A DNA stretch of 64,000 bases from Thermoplasmata archaeon (GTDB lineage Archaea > Thermoplasmatota > Thermoplasmata > Lutacidiplasmatales > UBA184), in contig DAHUYN010000003.1 in the NCBI GenBank assembly GCA_027315165.1, positions 95,846-159,845 on the forward strand, given 5' to 3'. Of this stretch, positions 54,255 through 62,798 are shown in pieces; the stretch's first letter is position 1, and every line of letters begins with the position of its first letter. The position numbers were made by a program, and so were the translations under genes. The notes beneath the pieces are model-generated. The model was not told the DNA's origin and searched no databases. It saw nothing but the letters and a program-made list of their open reading frames with translations.

Positions 54255-54262
54255 CTCTATAC
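54255..54262 (-). promoter_or_regulatory. TATA-like box (GTATAGAG on minus strand) about 25 nt upstream of tRNA-Ala
   Basis: An AT-rich motif at the expected spacing. Confidence 0.4.
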
Positions 54263-54351
54263 GGGCTTCGGCCCCACGGCACCGGGCGGCCCGCGGCGAG
54301 GGTTCACCGAGGGACCTCAGCCGCTTTAGCGGCGGGGGCCGTCGGCGGACC

Positions 54352-55353
54352 GTGCAGCTGAGCGCCTTCTCGATCGTCGACGCCTACCCCGCGGAGGAGG
54401 GTCGAGGCCGCGACCGCCTCGCGGAGGTCGTCGCGCTCGCCGAGGCCGCCGAGGCGGGCGGGCTCGCCGGCCTCTGGGTCGCCGAGCACCACTTCCACGA
54501 GGGAGGGGTCTGCCCCGCTCCGCCGGTCCTGCTCGCGGCGGCCGCCGCGAGGACGCGACGCCTCCGGCTCGGCGCGATGGTGAGCGTCCTTCCGTTCCAC
54601 CGGTCCGTCGACCTCGCCGAGGAGTACGCGATGGTCGACCGGCTCTCGCACGGCCGCCTCAATCTCGGCCTTGGCAGCGGCTACATCGGGGTCGAGCTCG
54701 ACGCCTTCGGCGTGCCGCTCGAAGGGCGGCGCGAGCGGTTCGAGCGGACGCGCGCGGAGGTGCTCGACGCCTTCGCCGGGCGGCCGATCCGGCCCGCCGG
54801 CCCCGAGGGTCCCGAGGTCGTCGTCAACGTCCGTCCCGTGCAGTCGCCGCACCCGCCGCTCTGGGTCGCCGTCCAGCGCCGCGAGGCGATCCCGTTCGTC
54901 GCGCGGCAGCGGGCCCGGCTCGCGCTGATCCCGTACGCGACCCTCCCCGACCTCGGGGTGCTCGCCGAGGAGATCGCGGAGTACCGCGCCGCGCTGCCGG
55001 CCGGCGAGCGCGGTTGGGTCTCCGTCGGCCTCCATCTCTACGCCGGCGAGGCCGTCGAGGAGGCCCGTCGGGCCCTCCAGCGGTTCCTCGACAGCCGGCG
55101 TCGGACCCAGAGCCGGCACTACGCGGAGAAGGTCCGTCACGACCCCCGCCAGGCCTCGGCCGCGGCGATCGAGGAGGCCGGCTGGGCGCTCTTCGGCGCC
55201 CCCGACGACGTCGCCGCCCGCCTCACGCCGTTCGAGCGCGCGGGCGTCGACGAGGTCCTGGGGATCTTCGATTTCGGCGGACTCGCGCCCGCGCTCGTCG
55301 AGCGCTCGGTCCTCGCGCTCGGCCGCGCCCGGGCCGTTGTCGGTTCCCGGTAG
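54352..55353 (+). CDS. Luciferase-like (LLM class) flavin-dependent oxidoreductase
   Basis: LWVAEHHF, LGAMVSVLPFH, GRLNLGLGSGY. The start was moved to GTG (VQLSAFSIVD) because track ORF 54151.. overlaps tRNA-Ala. Confidence 0.8.
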   Translation: MQLSAFSIVDAYPAEEGRGRDRLAEVVALAEAAEAGGLAGLWVAEHHFHEGGVCPAPPVLLAAAAARTRRLRLGAMVSVLPFHRSVDLAEEYAMVDRLSHGRLNLGLGSGYIGVELDAFGVPLEGRRERFERTRAEVLDAFAGRPIRPAGPEGPEVVVNVRPVQSPHPPLWVAVQRREAIPFVARQRARLALIPYATLPDLGVLAEEIAEYRAALPAGERGWVSVGLHLYAGEAVEEARRALQRFLDSRRRTQSRHYAEKVRHDPRQASAAAIEEAGWALFGAPDDVAARLTPFERAGVDEVLGIFDFGGLAPALVERSVLALGRARAVVGSR

Positions 55354-55881
55354 CTCTGACGTCGGGGGGAGCGTCCCGGCGAACGGACGCCAGAGCGACT
55401 CCTCGGTCCTCCGGCTCGTGAGGCCGAGCGTAGGCGGCCGTCCACGCGCCGGCGTCGAGCTCGCGACGGACCGAGTGGCCGCCACGGCGACGGGCCGCTC
55501 TGCGACCCGGCGGGCCCCCGCCCCGCGGCATGCGCGGTCGGGGAGGCTCGATACCGGAGCCGCCCTTGAGCGGAGGAAGGAGCTCGCGGAACGATCCCGG
55601 ACGTCGACCCACGAGTCTCGGATCGGGGCGGGACGTCCCCGCGTGGACGACCCCGATCGCTGCCGTCGGCCCGGCCCGAGGTCGGAGGAGGGTCGGGACC
55701 TCTCCCACCCCCGTGAGGCGGTCGACCCGCGATAGGGCGTGCGCCTCGACCGAGCGGCCCTCGTCGAGGCCGACGGACGACGAGGCCGAGCGACTCTCGA
55801 GGTCGAGGAGAAAAGGGCAGGAAAGGGTTCGTCCCACCCCCCCGTTCGAACGGGAGGGTGGGCGCGAGGGCGCCGGGCCGC

Positions 55882-58236
55882 CTACTTCGGCGGGTTCGGA
55901 AGCGGCGGGTTCGCCGTGCCGCCAGACTCCTCCTTCCACGCCGACGCGGGGGCCGCGCCGGCCTCCGAGCCGCTGCCCGAGCCGCCCGTCGAGCCGCCCG
56001 AGGTCGCCGGAGAGATCGGCTTCATCATCTTGGGCCGGTCCCGCCGCCGGATCATCAGCACGAGGGCGATCGTGACGATGACGATGATCAGGAACAACAC
56101 GAGCCAGCCCACCGTGAGCCCGCTCCCGGCCCCGAGGTCGTACTGGAGCGGCGACGGGTTCGGCTGCACGCTGACGCTGAACAGCGAGACCCCGTAGCAG
56201 GCCGATAGGCACGCCGTGCCGGTGACGTAGACCTCGAACAGCTGGGCGCCCGCCGGGACCCCGGTCGGGAGCGTGTAGCTGATGTCGCCGGAGGTCCCCG
56301 TCGTCTGGACGACCTTGGCGCCGGCCGCGGTGTAGAACGACGAGTACGGGTAGACCGAGATCTCGTAGCTCTTCGCGAGCGCCGCGTTCCCGTAGGCCTG
56401 GAACGAGTAGTGGATCTGGATCGTCTGGCCCGGCTGGTAGCTCCCGTCCGCGTAGTTCGACGGGGTCGAGATCCCCGCGACGACGGCGAGCCCCGAGACC
56501 TCGTCGAGCGTGATCGAGGCGCTCCCGACGATCCCGAGCCTCGAGTCCTGCGCGGCGACGTCGATGCTCACCGAGCTCGGCGTGTCGACGGCGGGAAGCG
56601 CGATCGTGATCTGGCCGCCCGTGACCGCGCCGTTGAGGTAGACGTTCCCGTTCGAGTCGACGACGCTCGCATAGAGCGACGCGTTCGAGAAGACCTGGCC
56701 GACGGTCGTCACCGAGACGGTGACGGTGTCGCCCGGGAGGTAGGAGGCCTCGCTCGGGTTGAGGAGGATCGCCGGCGCCGTGACGGCCGCGTAGGCCGAC
56801 GCGAAGAGCGGGCCCGTCGCGTTGTGCGCCTGGATGGAGACCTGGAGCTCCCCCGAGTAGCCCGTCGGGACCGCGACCGAGAAGCTCCCCGTGAGCGACG
56901 TCGAGCCGATCAGCCCGTGGCTGACGAGCGTCGAGGAGTCGACCTCGTAGGCCCACCACGCATCGATCGTCCAGCCCTGGGTGAGCGACGAGTTGAACGC
57001 CCCGAGGGCCCAGCTGGCCTTCGCGGTGTCGCCGCCGTAGTACTGCGCGCTGTCGAGGCGGAGCTGGAGCGACGCCGTCCCGGCGGCCTGCGTCACGACG
57101 GTGAAGTCGGTGACGCTCGGACCGTAGGTCTGGGCCGAGTTGAGCGGGTCCGTGACGGTGACCGTCACCGAGTCGGTCTGGCCCGGCGGGAACGTCGTCG
57201 CGGAGGCGATGAACAGGATCGCCGCGCCGCCCGTCGCGTTCGTCGTCACCGACGCGGGCCAGCCGCCGGGGGGCGAGGCGGGCGTCACGCCGGCGTCGAA
57301 CTCAAAGGTCGCCGTGAGGCCGGGGGCCGGCACGTCCGGTCCCGGCGAGACGATCCAGGTCTGCGTGACGACGTAGACGGGGGTTCCCGCCGTGAACGTC
57401 GAGCCGACGCAGCCCGAGGTGAGGCACGTCTCGAGCGTCACCGACGGGTCGGAGACCGTGCCGAGCGGCACGGAGAGGTAGCCGACCTCGGAGTTCGGAT
57501 AGGCGCCCGCGGAGAGGTTCGCCCAGAGGGTGAGGTCGATCCAGCCGTAGGTGCTCGCGTCCGTCGGGACGACGAACGAGAAGTTCCCCCAGGAGGCGTT
57601 GCCGAGGTTCATCGGCGAGCCGGGGAGCGCGTTCCACGTCCCGGAGTTCGTGTAGTAGACGGCCGTGAGGACGACCGACGTGAGGCCGGTCATCGCGGCC
57701 CCGTTGACGGTCTTGTCGACGTAGTAGAGCCCGGTGCCGGAGTGCTGGGCGAGGTAGGCCCCCTGCGACGTCTCGAGGGAGGCGGTGTAGGTCGAGACGG
57801 TGAAGCTCGTGTTGTACCAGCCGCCGTAGGTGCCGTGGATCGAGAGGTTCCACGCGCCGCCGTCGGCGAGGCTCAGGGGCAGGAAGTAGGAGGCGCCCCA
57901 GTCCAAGCTGTTGTTGTAGGCGCTCGCGGTGAAGCTGACGTTCCAGGTCTGCGCGGTCGCGGGGATGCCGTCCCGCGTGTAGTTCTGGTCGCGGACCGTG
58001 ACGCTCGCGAGGTTGTCGCTCGGGTCGTAGGCGAGGAAGTAGACGTGCCCGCATCCGAGGCCCACCTCGAACGACGAACAGCCGGGGGCGAGCTCGGGAG
58101 AGACGAAGACCGTCGCGCCGGGATGAGGCGCCTGAGGCGCCGAGGGCGCGGCCCGCACGGCGGCGGGCGCGGCCGCGAAGGCGGTGGCGATCATCACGGC
58201 GACGAGCACATAGGCCAATAGGCGTCGGCGTTCCAT
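55882..58236 (-). CDS. Major surface (S-layer-like) glycoprotein candidate, C-terminally TM anchored
   Basis: It has a signal peptide LLAYVLVAVMIATAFAAAPAAVRA, very dense NxS/T sequons and a beta-rich composition high in T/S/G/Y/A. The TM segment WLVLFLIIVIVTIALVLMI is followed by RRRDR. The start was set to the second ATG because a TATA box overlaps the first. Confidence 0.7.
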   Translation of the reverse strand: MERRRLLAYVLVAVMIATAFAAAPAAVRAAPSAPQAPHPGATVFVSPELAPGCSSFEVGLGCGHVYFLAYDPSDNLASVTVRDQNYTRDGIPATAQTWNVSFTASAYNNSLDWGASYFLPLSLADGGAWNLSIHGTYGGWYNTSFTVSTYTASLETSQGAYLAQHSGTGLYYVDKTVNGAAMTGLTSVVLTAVYYTNSGTWNALPGSPMNLGNASWGNFSFVVPTDASTYGWIDLTLWANLSAGAYPNSEVGYLSVPLGTVSDPSVTLETCLTSGCVGSTFTAGTPVYVVTQTWIVSPGPDVPAPGLTATFEFDAGVTPASPPGGWPASVTTNATGGAAILFIASATTFPPGQTDSVTVTVTDPLNSAQTYGPSVTDFTVVTQAAGTASLQLRLDSAQYYGGDTAKASWALGAFNSSLTQGWTIDAWWAYEVDSSTLVSHGLIGSTSLTGSFSVAVPTGYSGELQVSIQAHNATGPLFASAYAAVTAPAILLNPSEASYLPGDTVTVSVTTVGQVFSNASLYASVVDSNGNVYLNGAVTGGQITIALPAVDTPSSVSIDVAAQDSRLGIVGSASITLDEVSGLAVVAGISTPSNYADGSYQPGQTIQIHYSFQAYGNAALAKSYEISVYPYSSFYTAAGAKVVQTTGTSGDISYTLPTGVPAGAQLFEVYVTGTACLSACYGVSLFSVSVQPNPSPLQYDLGAGSGLTVGWLVLFLIIVIVTIALVLMIRRRDRPKMMKPISPATSGGSTGGSGSGSEAGAAPASAWKEESGGTANPPLPNPPK

Positions 58237-58260
58237 GGGGAAAAGTCGCTTGGTCTTCCT

Positions 58261-58267
58261 ACTTAAA
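58261..58267 (-). promoter_or_regulatory. TATA box (TTTTAAG on minus strand) 25 nt upstream of ATG 58236
   Basis: GCTTTTAAGTAG is read on the minus strand. This is the strongest TATA match in the window. Confidence 0.5.
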
Positions 58268-58330
58268 AGCATGTCCCGAGTTGAGGGCGAGGGCCCCGGG
58301 CCTTAGTAGGGCCAGGGCGTATCCCGGTCG

Positions 58331-59164
58331 ATGGCGAGCGAGGCGCGGAGCCGCCCGGGACCGAAGCCGAAGCGGCTCTACCTGCGGTCGACCCGGTTCC
58401 TCGACGCCGACCGCCAGGGGGCCCCGACGAGGCGGCTCCTGCGGCCGTACTGGGCGAACCTCGAGCGCACGGGGCGGCTCGTCGCGGTCGGTGAGACGAC
58501 CGACCCGTTGGGCGAGCTGCTCGTCCTGCGGGCCGTCGACGTCGACGAGGCGCATCGGGTCCTCCGTCGAGACCCCTGGCGGAACGTCGACAATGTCCGC
58601 TACGAGGTCGTCGAGTGGGACCCGAGGACCCTCGGGCCCGGCGTCAACCTCGAGCCCGCGCCGCCCCGGGGCGCGGGCCGGCTCACCGCGCTCGAGCGGA
58701 TCTCGGTCGTCGTCTCGAACCAGTCGGCGGCGCTGGCCTGGTATCGGGACGCGCTCGGGCTCACCGTCCGCTCGCACGACCCCGGGACGCGCTTCGTCGA
58801 GCTCTCGCTCGGGAAGGGCGCCGCCGCGCTCTCGCTCGTCGAGCCGCGACGTGAGTGGGGGGAGCCGTACTACGCCGAGGCGCGGGCCCGCATCGGGCTC
58901 GCCACCGGGATCGCCTTCCAGACCGACAGCGTCGCGGCGCTCGAGCGGAGGCTCCGACGGGAGGGGGCGCGCGTGACGCAGGCGCCCGCGCGCCAGCCCT
59001 GGGGGGGCGTGACGCTCCGGTTCACCGACCCGGACGGCAACGAGTTCCTGGCGTTCCAGCGGCAGGCCGAGGCGGGGCCTCCCGACGCCGCGCCGCCGCT
59101 CCGCCCCGCCCCGTCGAGCGGGGTCCGCTGGCTCCGTCGCAGGGCCGGGTCGAAGCCCCTTTAG
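58331..59164 (+). CDS. YciI-like domain fused to VOC/glyoxalase domain
   Basis: The N-terminus reads RLVAVGETTDPLGELLVLRAVDVDEAHRVLRRDPW (YciI-like). The C-terminus reads ISVVVSNQSAALAWYRDALGL...FTDPDGNEF (VOC). Confidence 0.65.
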   Translation: MASEARSRPGPKPKRLYLRSTRFLDADRQGAPTRRLLRPYWANLERTGRLVAVGETTDPLGELLVLRAVDVDEAHRVLRRDPWRNVDNVRYEVVEWDPRTLGPGVNLEPAPPRGAGRLTALERISVVVSNQSAALAWYRDALGLTVRSHDPGTRFVELSLGKGAAALSLVEPRREWGEPYYAEARARIGLATGIAFQTDSVAALERRLRREGARVTQAPARQPWGGVTLRFTDPDGNEFLAFQRQAEAGPPDAAPPLRPAPSSGVRWLRRRAGSKPL

Positions 59165-59195
59165 GCGCGCCGTCGCTGCCGTCGCGAGAGGCGCC

Positions 59196-59849
59196 ATGTC
59201 CGAGATCCTGCCGGGGGTCCATCACGTGCCCGCCGCCGACGGAACGTTCGTCTACCTCGTCAAGGAGAAGGGCGGCGACTTCGCGCTGATCGACACGGGG
59301 CTCCCGGGGTCGGTGGCCCCGATCCGGGCCTACCTCGACGCGGCGAAGATCCCCCCGTCCTCGATCAAGCGGATCCTCCTCACGCACCTCCATCGAGACC
59401 ACACCGGCGGGCTCGCCGAGCTCGTGCGCCTGACGAAGGCCCGGACGTTCGCGCACTGGCTCGAGGCGGCGTTCATCGCGAAGGCGCCGCCGTACGACGG
59501 GCCGGGGATGCCGCCCGTCGACGCCGTGACCGTCGACGAGCGCCTCAAGGACGGCGACACGCTCGACGTCCTCGGGGGGCTCACGGTCTACCACACGCCG
59601 GGGCACACGCCGGGCCACCTCGCCTTCTACCAGGCGGAGCGGAAGATCCTCTTTCCCGGGGACCTGTTCTTCGGCAACGACGACGAGCTGATCCTCACCG
59701 TCCCGCAGTTCACGCACCACACGCTCTCCGCGCGGGTCTCGGCCCACCGGGTCGGCCAGCTCGCGGTCGAGTCGGTCCTCCCCTACCACGGGGGGCCGTT
59801 CCCCAAGGGCGGCGGGGCTCGCCTCCGCCGGCTCGTCGCCTCGTTGTAG
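59196..59849 (+). CDS. MBL-fold metallo-hydrolase
   Basis: THLHRDHTGG is the HxHxDH motif. HTPGHTPGH is also present. Confidence 0.88.
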   Translation: MSEILPGVHHVPAADGTFVYLVKEKGGDFALIDTGLPGSVAPIRAYLDAAKIPPSSIKRILLTHLHRDHTGGLAELVRLTKARTFAHWLEAAFIAKAPPYDGPGMPPVDAVTVDERLKDGDTLDVLGGLTVYHTPGHTPGHLAFYQAERKILFPGDLFFGNDDELILTVPQFTHHTLSARVSAHRVGQLAVESVLPYHGGPFPKGGGARLRRLVASL

Positions 59850-59858
59850 GGGAGGTCC

Positions 59859-61205
59859 GTGGACGCGGCCGAGATCCGCGACCGGGTCCGCAGGACGAAC
59901 TACGTCACCTGGCGGCGCCAGGGGGGCTGGGACCCCCTCGTCGTCACGAGGGCCGAGGGCTCGACGTTCTGGGACTCCGACGGTCGGGCCTACCTCGACT
60001 TCGCCTCGCAGCTCGTCGCGACGAACCTCGGGCACGGCAACCAGGCCGTCATCGAGGCGATCGTCGCGCAGGCCCGCGCGCTCCCGTACGCGGCGCCGTC
60101 GTTCGCGACCGAGGCCCGGGGGCGCCTGAGCGAGGCGCTCGACCGCGTCCTCCCCGACGGCCTCGACCGCTACTTCTTCTCGACCTCCGGCACCGAGGCG
60201 AACGAGGCGGCGCTCAAGATCGCGCGCGTCGTCACGGGTCGTCGGCGGGTGATCTCGCGCCGTCGCTCCTACCACGGCGCGACGGCCGCCTCGATCTCCG
60301 TCACCGGGGACCCGAGGCGGTGGCCGGTGGAGCCGGTGCAGCAGGTCCCGGGGACCGTCTTCGCGCCGGACTGCTACTGCTACCGCTGCCCGCTCGGGCT
60401 CACCTACCCCGATTGCCACACGGCGTGCGCCGAGGTCGTCGACGAGATGATCCGCACCACCGGCGACGTCGCCGCGATGATCGTCGAGCCGATCGTCGGG
60501 ACGAACGGCGTGATCGTCCCCGTGCCCGAGTACCTCCCGAGGCTCCGCGAGATCACGCGGCGCCACGGCGTCCTCCTCATCGCCGACGAGGTGATGACGG
60601 GCTGGGGCCGCACGGGGGCGTGGTTCGCCGTCGACCACTACGGCGTGACGCCCGATCTCCTCACGACGGCGAAGGGGATCACGGGCGCCTACGTGCCGCT
60701 CGGGCTCACCGCGACGAGCCCCGCGCTCCACGACGCGTTCGCGGACCGCTACTTCCCCCACGGGCACACCTACGAGGCGCACCCCCTGACGCTCGCCCCC
60801 GCGGTCGCGGCGATCGGCGAGTACGAGCGCCTCCATCTCGTCGAGCGGTCGCGGACGGAGGGCGCCTACCTCCTCGAACGGCTCCGGGGGATCGCCGAGC
60901 GCCACGTGAGCGTCGGCGAGGTCCGGGGCCGGGGGCTGTTCGCCGCCGTCGAGCTCGTCCGGGACCGGGCCACGCGGGCGCCGTTCAACACCGCGGAGGA
61001 GAAGCTCGCCGGGCGCCCGCTCGTCGTCGACAAGGTCGTCCGGGCGATGGCCTCGGAGGGCGTCTACGCCTTCGGCTGGGTCTCGCACCTCGTCGTCGCG
61101 CCGCCCCTCATCATCGAGCGCGCCGAGCTCGACCGGGGCCTCGAGGTGCTCGACCGGGCGCTCGTCGTCGCCGACCGTGAGGTCACGGGGGGAACCAGCG
61201 GCTGA
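59859..61205 (+). CDS. Class III (omega-) aminotransferase
   Basis: SGTEANEAALK, IADEVMTGWGRTG and TTAKGITG (PLP Lys). It has a GTG start. Confidence 0.88.
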   Translation: MDAAEIRDRVRRTNYVTWRRQGGWDPLVVTRAEGSTFWDSDGRAYLDFASQLVATNLGHGNQAVIEAIVAQARALPYAAPSFATEARGRLSEALDRVLPDGLDRYFFSTSGTEANEAALKIARVVTGRRRVISRRRSYHGATAASISVTGDPRRWPVEPVQQVPGTVFAPDCYCYRCPLGLTYPDCHTACAEVVDEMIRTTGDVAAMIVEPIVGTNGVIVPVPEYLPRLREITRRHGVLLIADEVMTGWGRTGAWFAVDHYGVTPDLLTTAKGITGAYVPLGLTATSPALHDAFADRYFPHGHTYEAHPLTLAPAVAAIGEYERLHLVERSRTEGAYLLERLRGIAERHVSVGEVRGRGLFAAVELVRDRATRAPFNTAEEKLAGRPLVVDKVVRAMASEGVYAFGWVSHLVVAPPLIIERAELDRGLEVLDRALVVADREVTGGTSG

Positions 61206-62631
61206 TCACCGTCTTCGGTCTCGTGTAGAACTCGACCGCCGGACGGCCCGTCGCGGCGAGATCGCCGAAGACGGAGCCCTTCCAGCCGACGAAGGGGAAG
61301 TACGCCGCGGGCGCCGGGACCCCGACGTTGACGCCGACCATCCCCGCCTCGATCCGGTGCGAGAACTCCCGCGCGGCCCGGCCGTCCCTCGTGAAGATCG
61401 CCGCCGCGTTCCCGAAGCGCGAGCGGTTCGCCACCTCGAGCGCCTCGTCGAGCGAGCGCACGCGGACGACGCAGAGGACGGGGCCGAAGACCTCCTCGCG
61501 TGCGATCGCCATCTCGGGCCGGACCCTGTCGAGGAGCGTCGGCGGGAGGAAGAAGCCGCCCGTCCCCGCGGGGGCCGGGCCGACCGCGGCGCGGACCGCG
61601 CCCTCGCCCTCGGCGCGGCGGACCTCGTCGGAGACGCGGGCCGCGTGCTCGGCGCGGATCAGCGGCCCCATCTCGGTGCCCTCGAGGTCCCCCGGCCCGA
61701 CGCGGACGGCGCCGACCCGTTCGGAGAGCCGTCGGACGAGCTCGTCCCCGACCGGCTCGACGGCGAGGACGACGCTCGCGGCGAGGCAGCGCTCGCCCGC
61801 GTGGCCGTAGGCGCTCGAGACGATCGCCTCGACGGTGGGGCCGAGAGCGGCATCGGGGAGGACGACGAGGTGGTTCTTCGCGCCCGCGAGCGCGAGGACG
61901 CGCTTGCCCGCCGCGGCCCCTCTCGCGTAGACCTCGCGCGCGACGGGCGCCGAGCCGACGAAGGCGACGGCGTCGACGCCGTCGTGGTCGACGAGCGCCT
62001 CGACGGTCTCGCGGGCGCCGTGGACGAGGTTGAGGACACCTCGCGGGAGCCCGGCCTCGGAGAGCCGCTCGACGAGGCGCACCGCGGTCCCCGGGGTCCG
62101 CTCCGACGGCTTGAGGACGAAGGTGTTGCCGCAGGCGAGGGCGAGCGGCGCCATCCACATCGGGATCATCGCGGGGAAGTTGAACGGCGTGATGCCGACG
62201 ACGACGCCGACCGGCTCTCGGAGGAGCTGCGTGTCGACGCCCCGCGAGACGTTCGCGAGCGCGCTCCCCTGCACGAGCGTCGGGGCGGAGAGGGCGAACT
62301 CGAGCGCCTCGAGGCCGCGGAGGAACGACCCTCGGGCCTCGTCGAGGGTCTTGCCGTTCTCTCGCGTGATCTCAAGGACGATCGCCTCCTCGTCGCCGAG
62401 GAGCCTCTCGCGGCCCGCGGCCAGGAGCCGGGCGCGCTCCGCCACCGGGACGGCCCGCCACGAGGGGAACGCCGCGCGCGCGGCGCGGACCGCCCGGTCG
62501 ACCTCGGCCGCCGTCGACAGCGGGACCTCGGCGAGGGCGGCGCCCGTCGCCGGGTCGGGCCGGGGGAGCGCTCCCGAGCGGTCGGGAACCTTCCACACGC
62601 CGTCGATGTAGTTTCGGAGAGCCTCGGGCAC
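61183..62631 (-). CDS. mmsA: Methylmalonate-semialdehyde dehydrogenase-like aldehyde dehydrogenase
   Basis: LRNYIDGVW, FNFPAMIPMW, FVGS and AGERCLA (catalytic Cys context typical of MMSDH). Confidence 0.85.
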   Translation of the reverse strand: MPEALRNYIDGVWKVPDRSGALPRPDPATGAALAEVPLSTAAEVDRAVRAARAAFPSWRAVPVAERARLLAAGRERLLGDEEAIVLEITRENGKTLDEARGSFLRGLEALEFALSAPTLVQGSALANVSRGVDTQLLREPVGVVVGITPFNFPAMIPMWMAPLALACGNTFVLKPSERTPGTAVRLVERLSEAGLPRGVLNLVHGARETVEALVDHDGVDAVAFVGSAPVAREVYARGAAAGKRVLALAGAKNHLVVLPDAALGPTVEAIVSSAYGHAGERCLAASVVLAVEPVGDELVRRLSERVGAVRVGPGDLEGTEMGPLIRAEHAARVSDEVRRAEGEGAVRAAVGPAPAGTGGFFLPPTLLDRVRPEMAIAREEVFGPVLCVVRVRSLDEALEVANRSRFGNAAAIFTRDGRAAREFSHRIEAGMVGVNVGVPAPAAYFPFVGWKGSVFGDLAATGRPAVEFYTRPKTVISRWFPP

Positions 62632-62798
62632 GGGGGGCGTCGACCCCTCGGGGGCGGCGCCGTATAACCCCTTGGGCCCTCGAGGCCGCGGCCCCCGAGG
62701 GCCGCCGCTCCGAACGATTAAGTAGCCGCTCCCCGTGAGACGGCCGCGTCCTCGGGCGAGCCGTAGCGCTCCGCCCGCGCGGGACGGGGACGGAGGTC

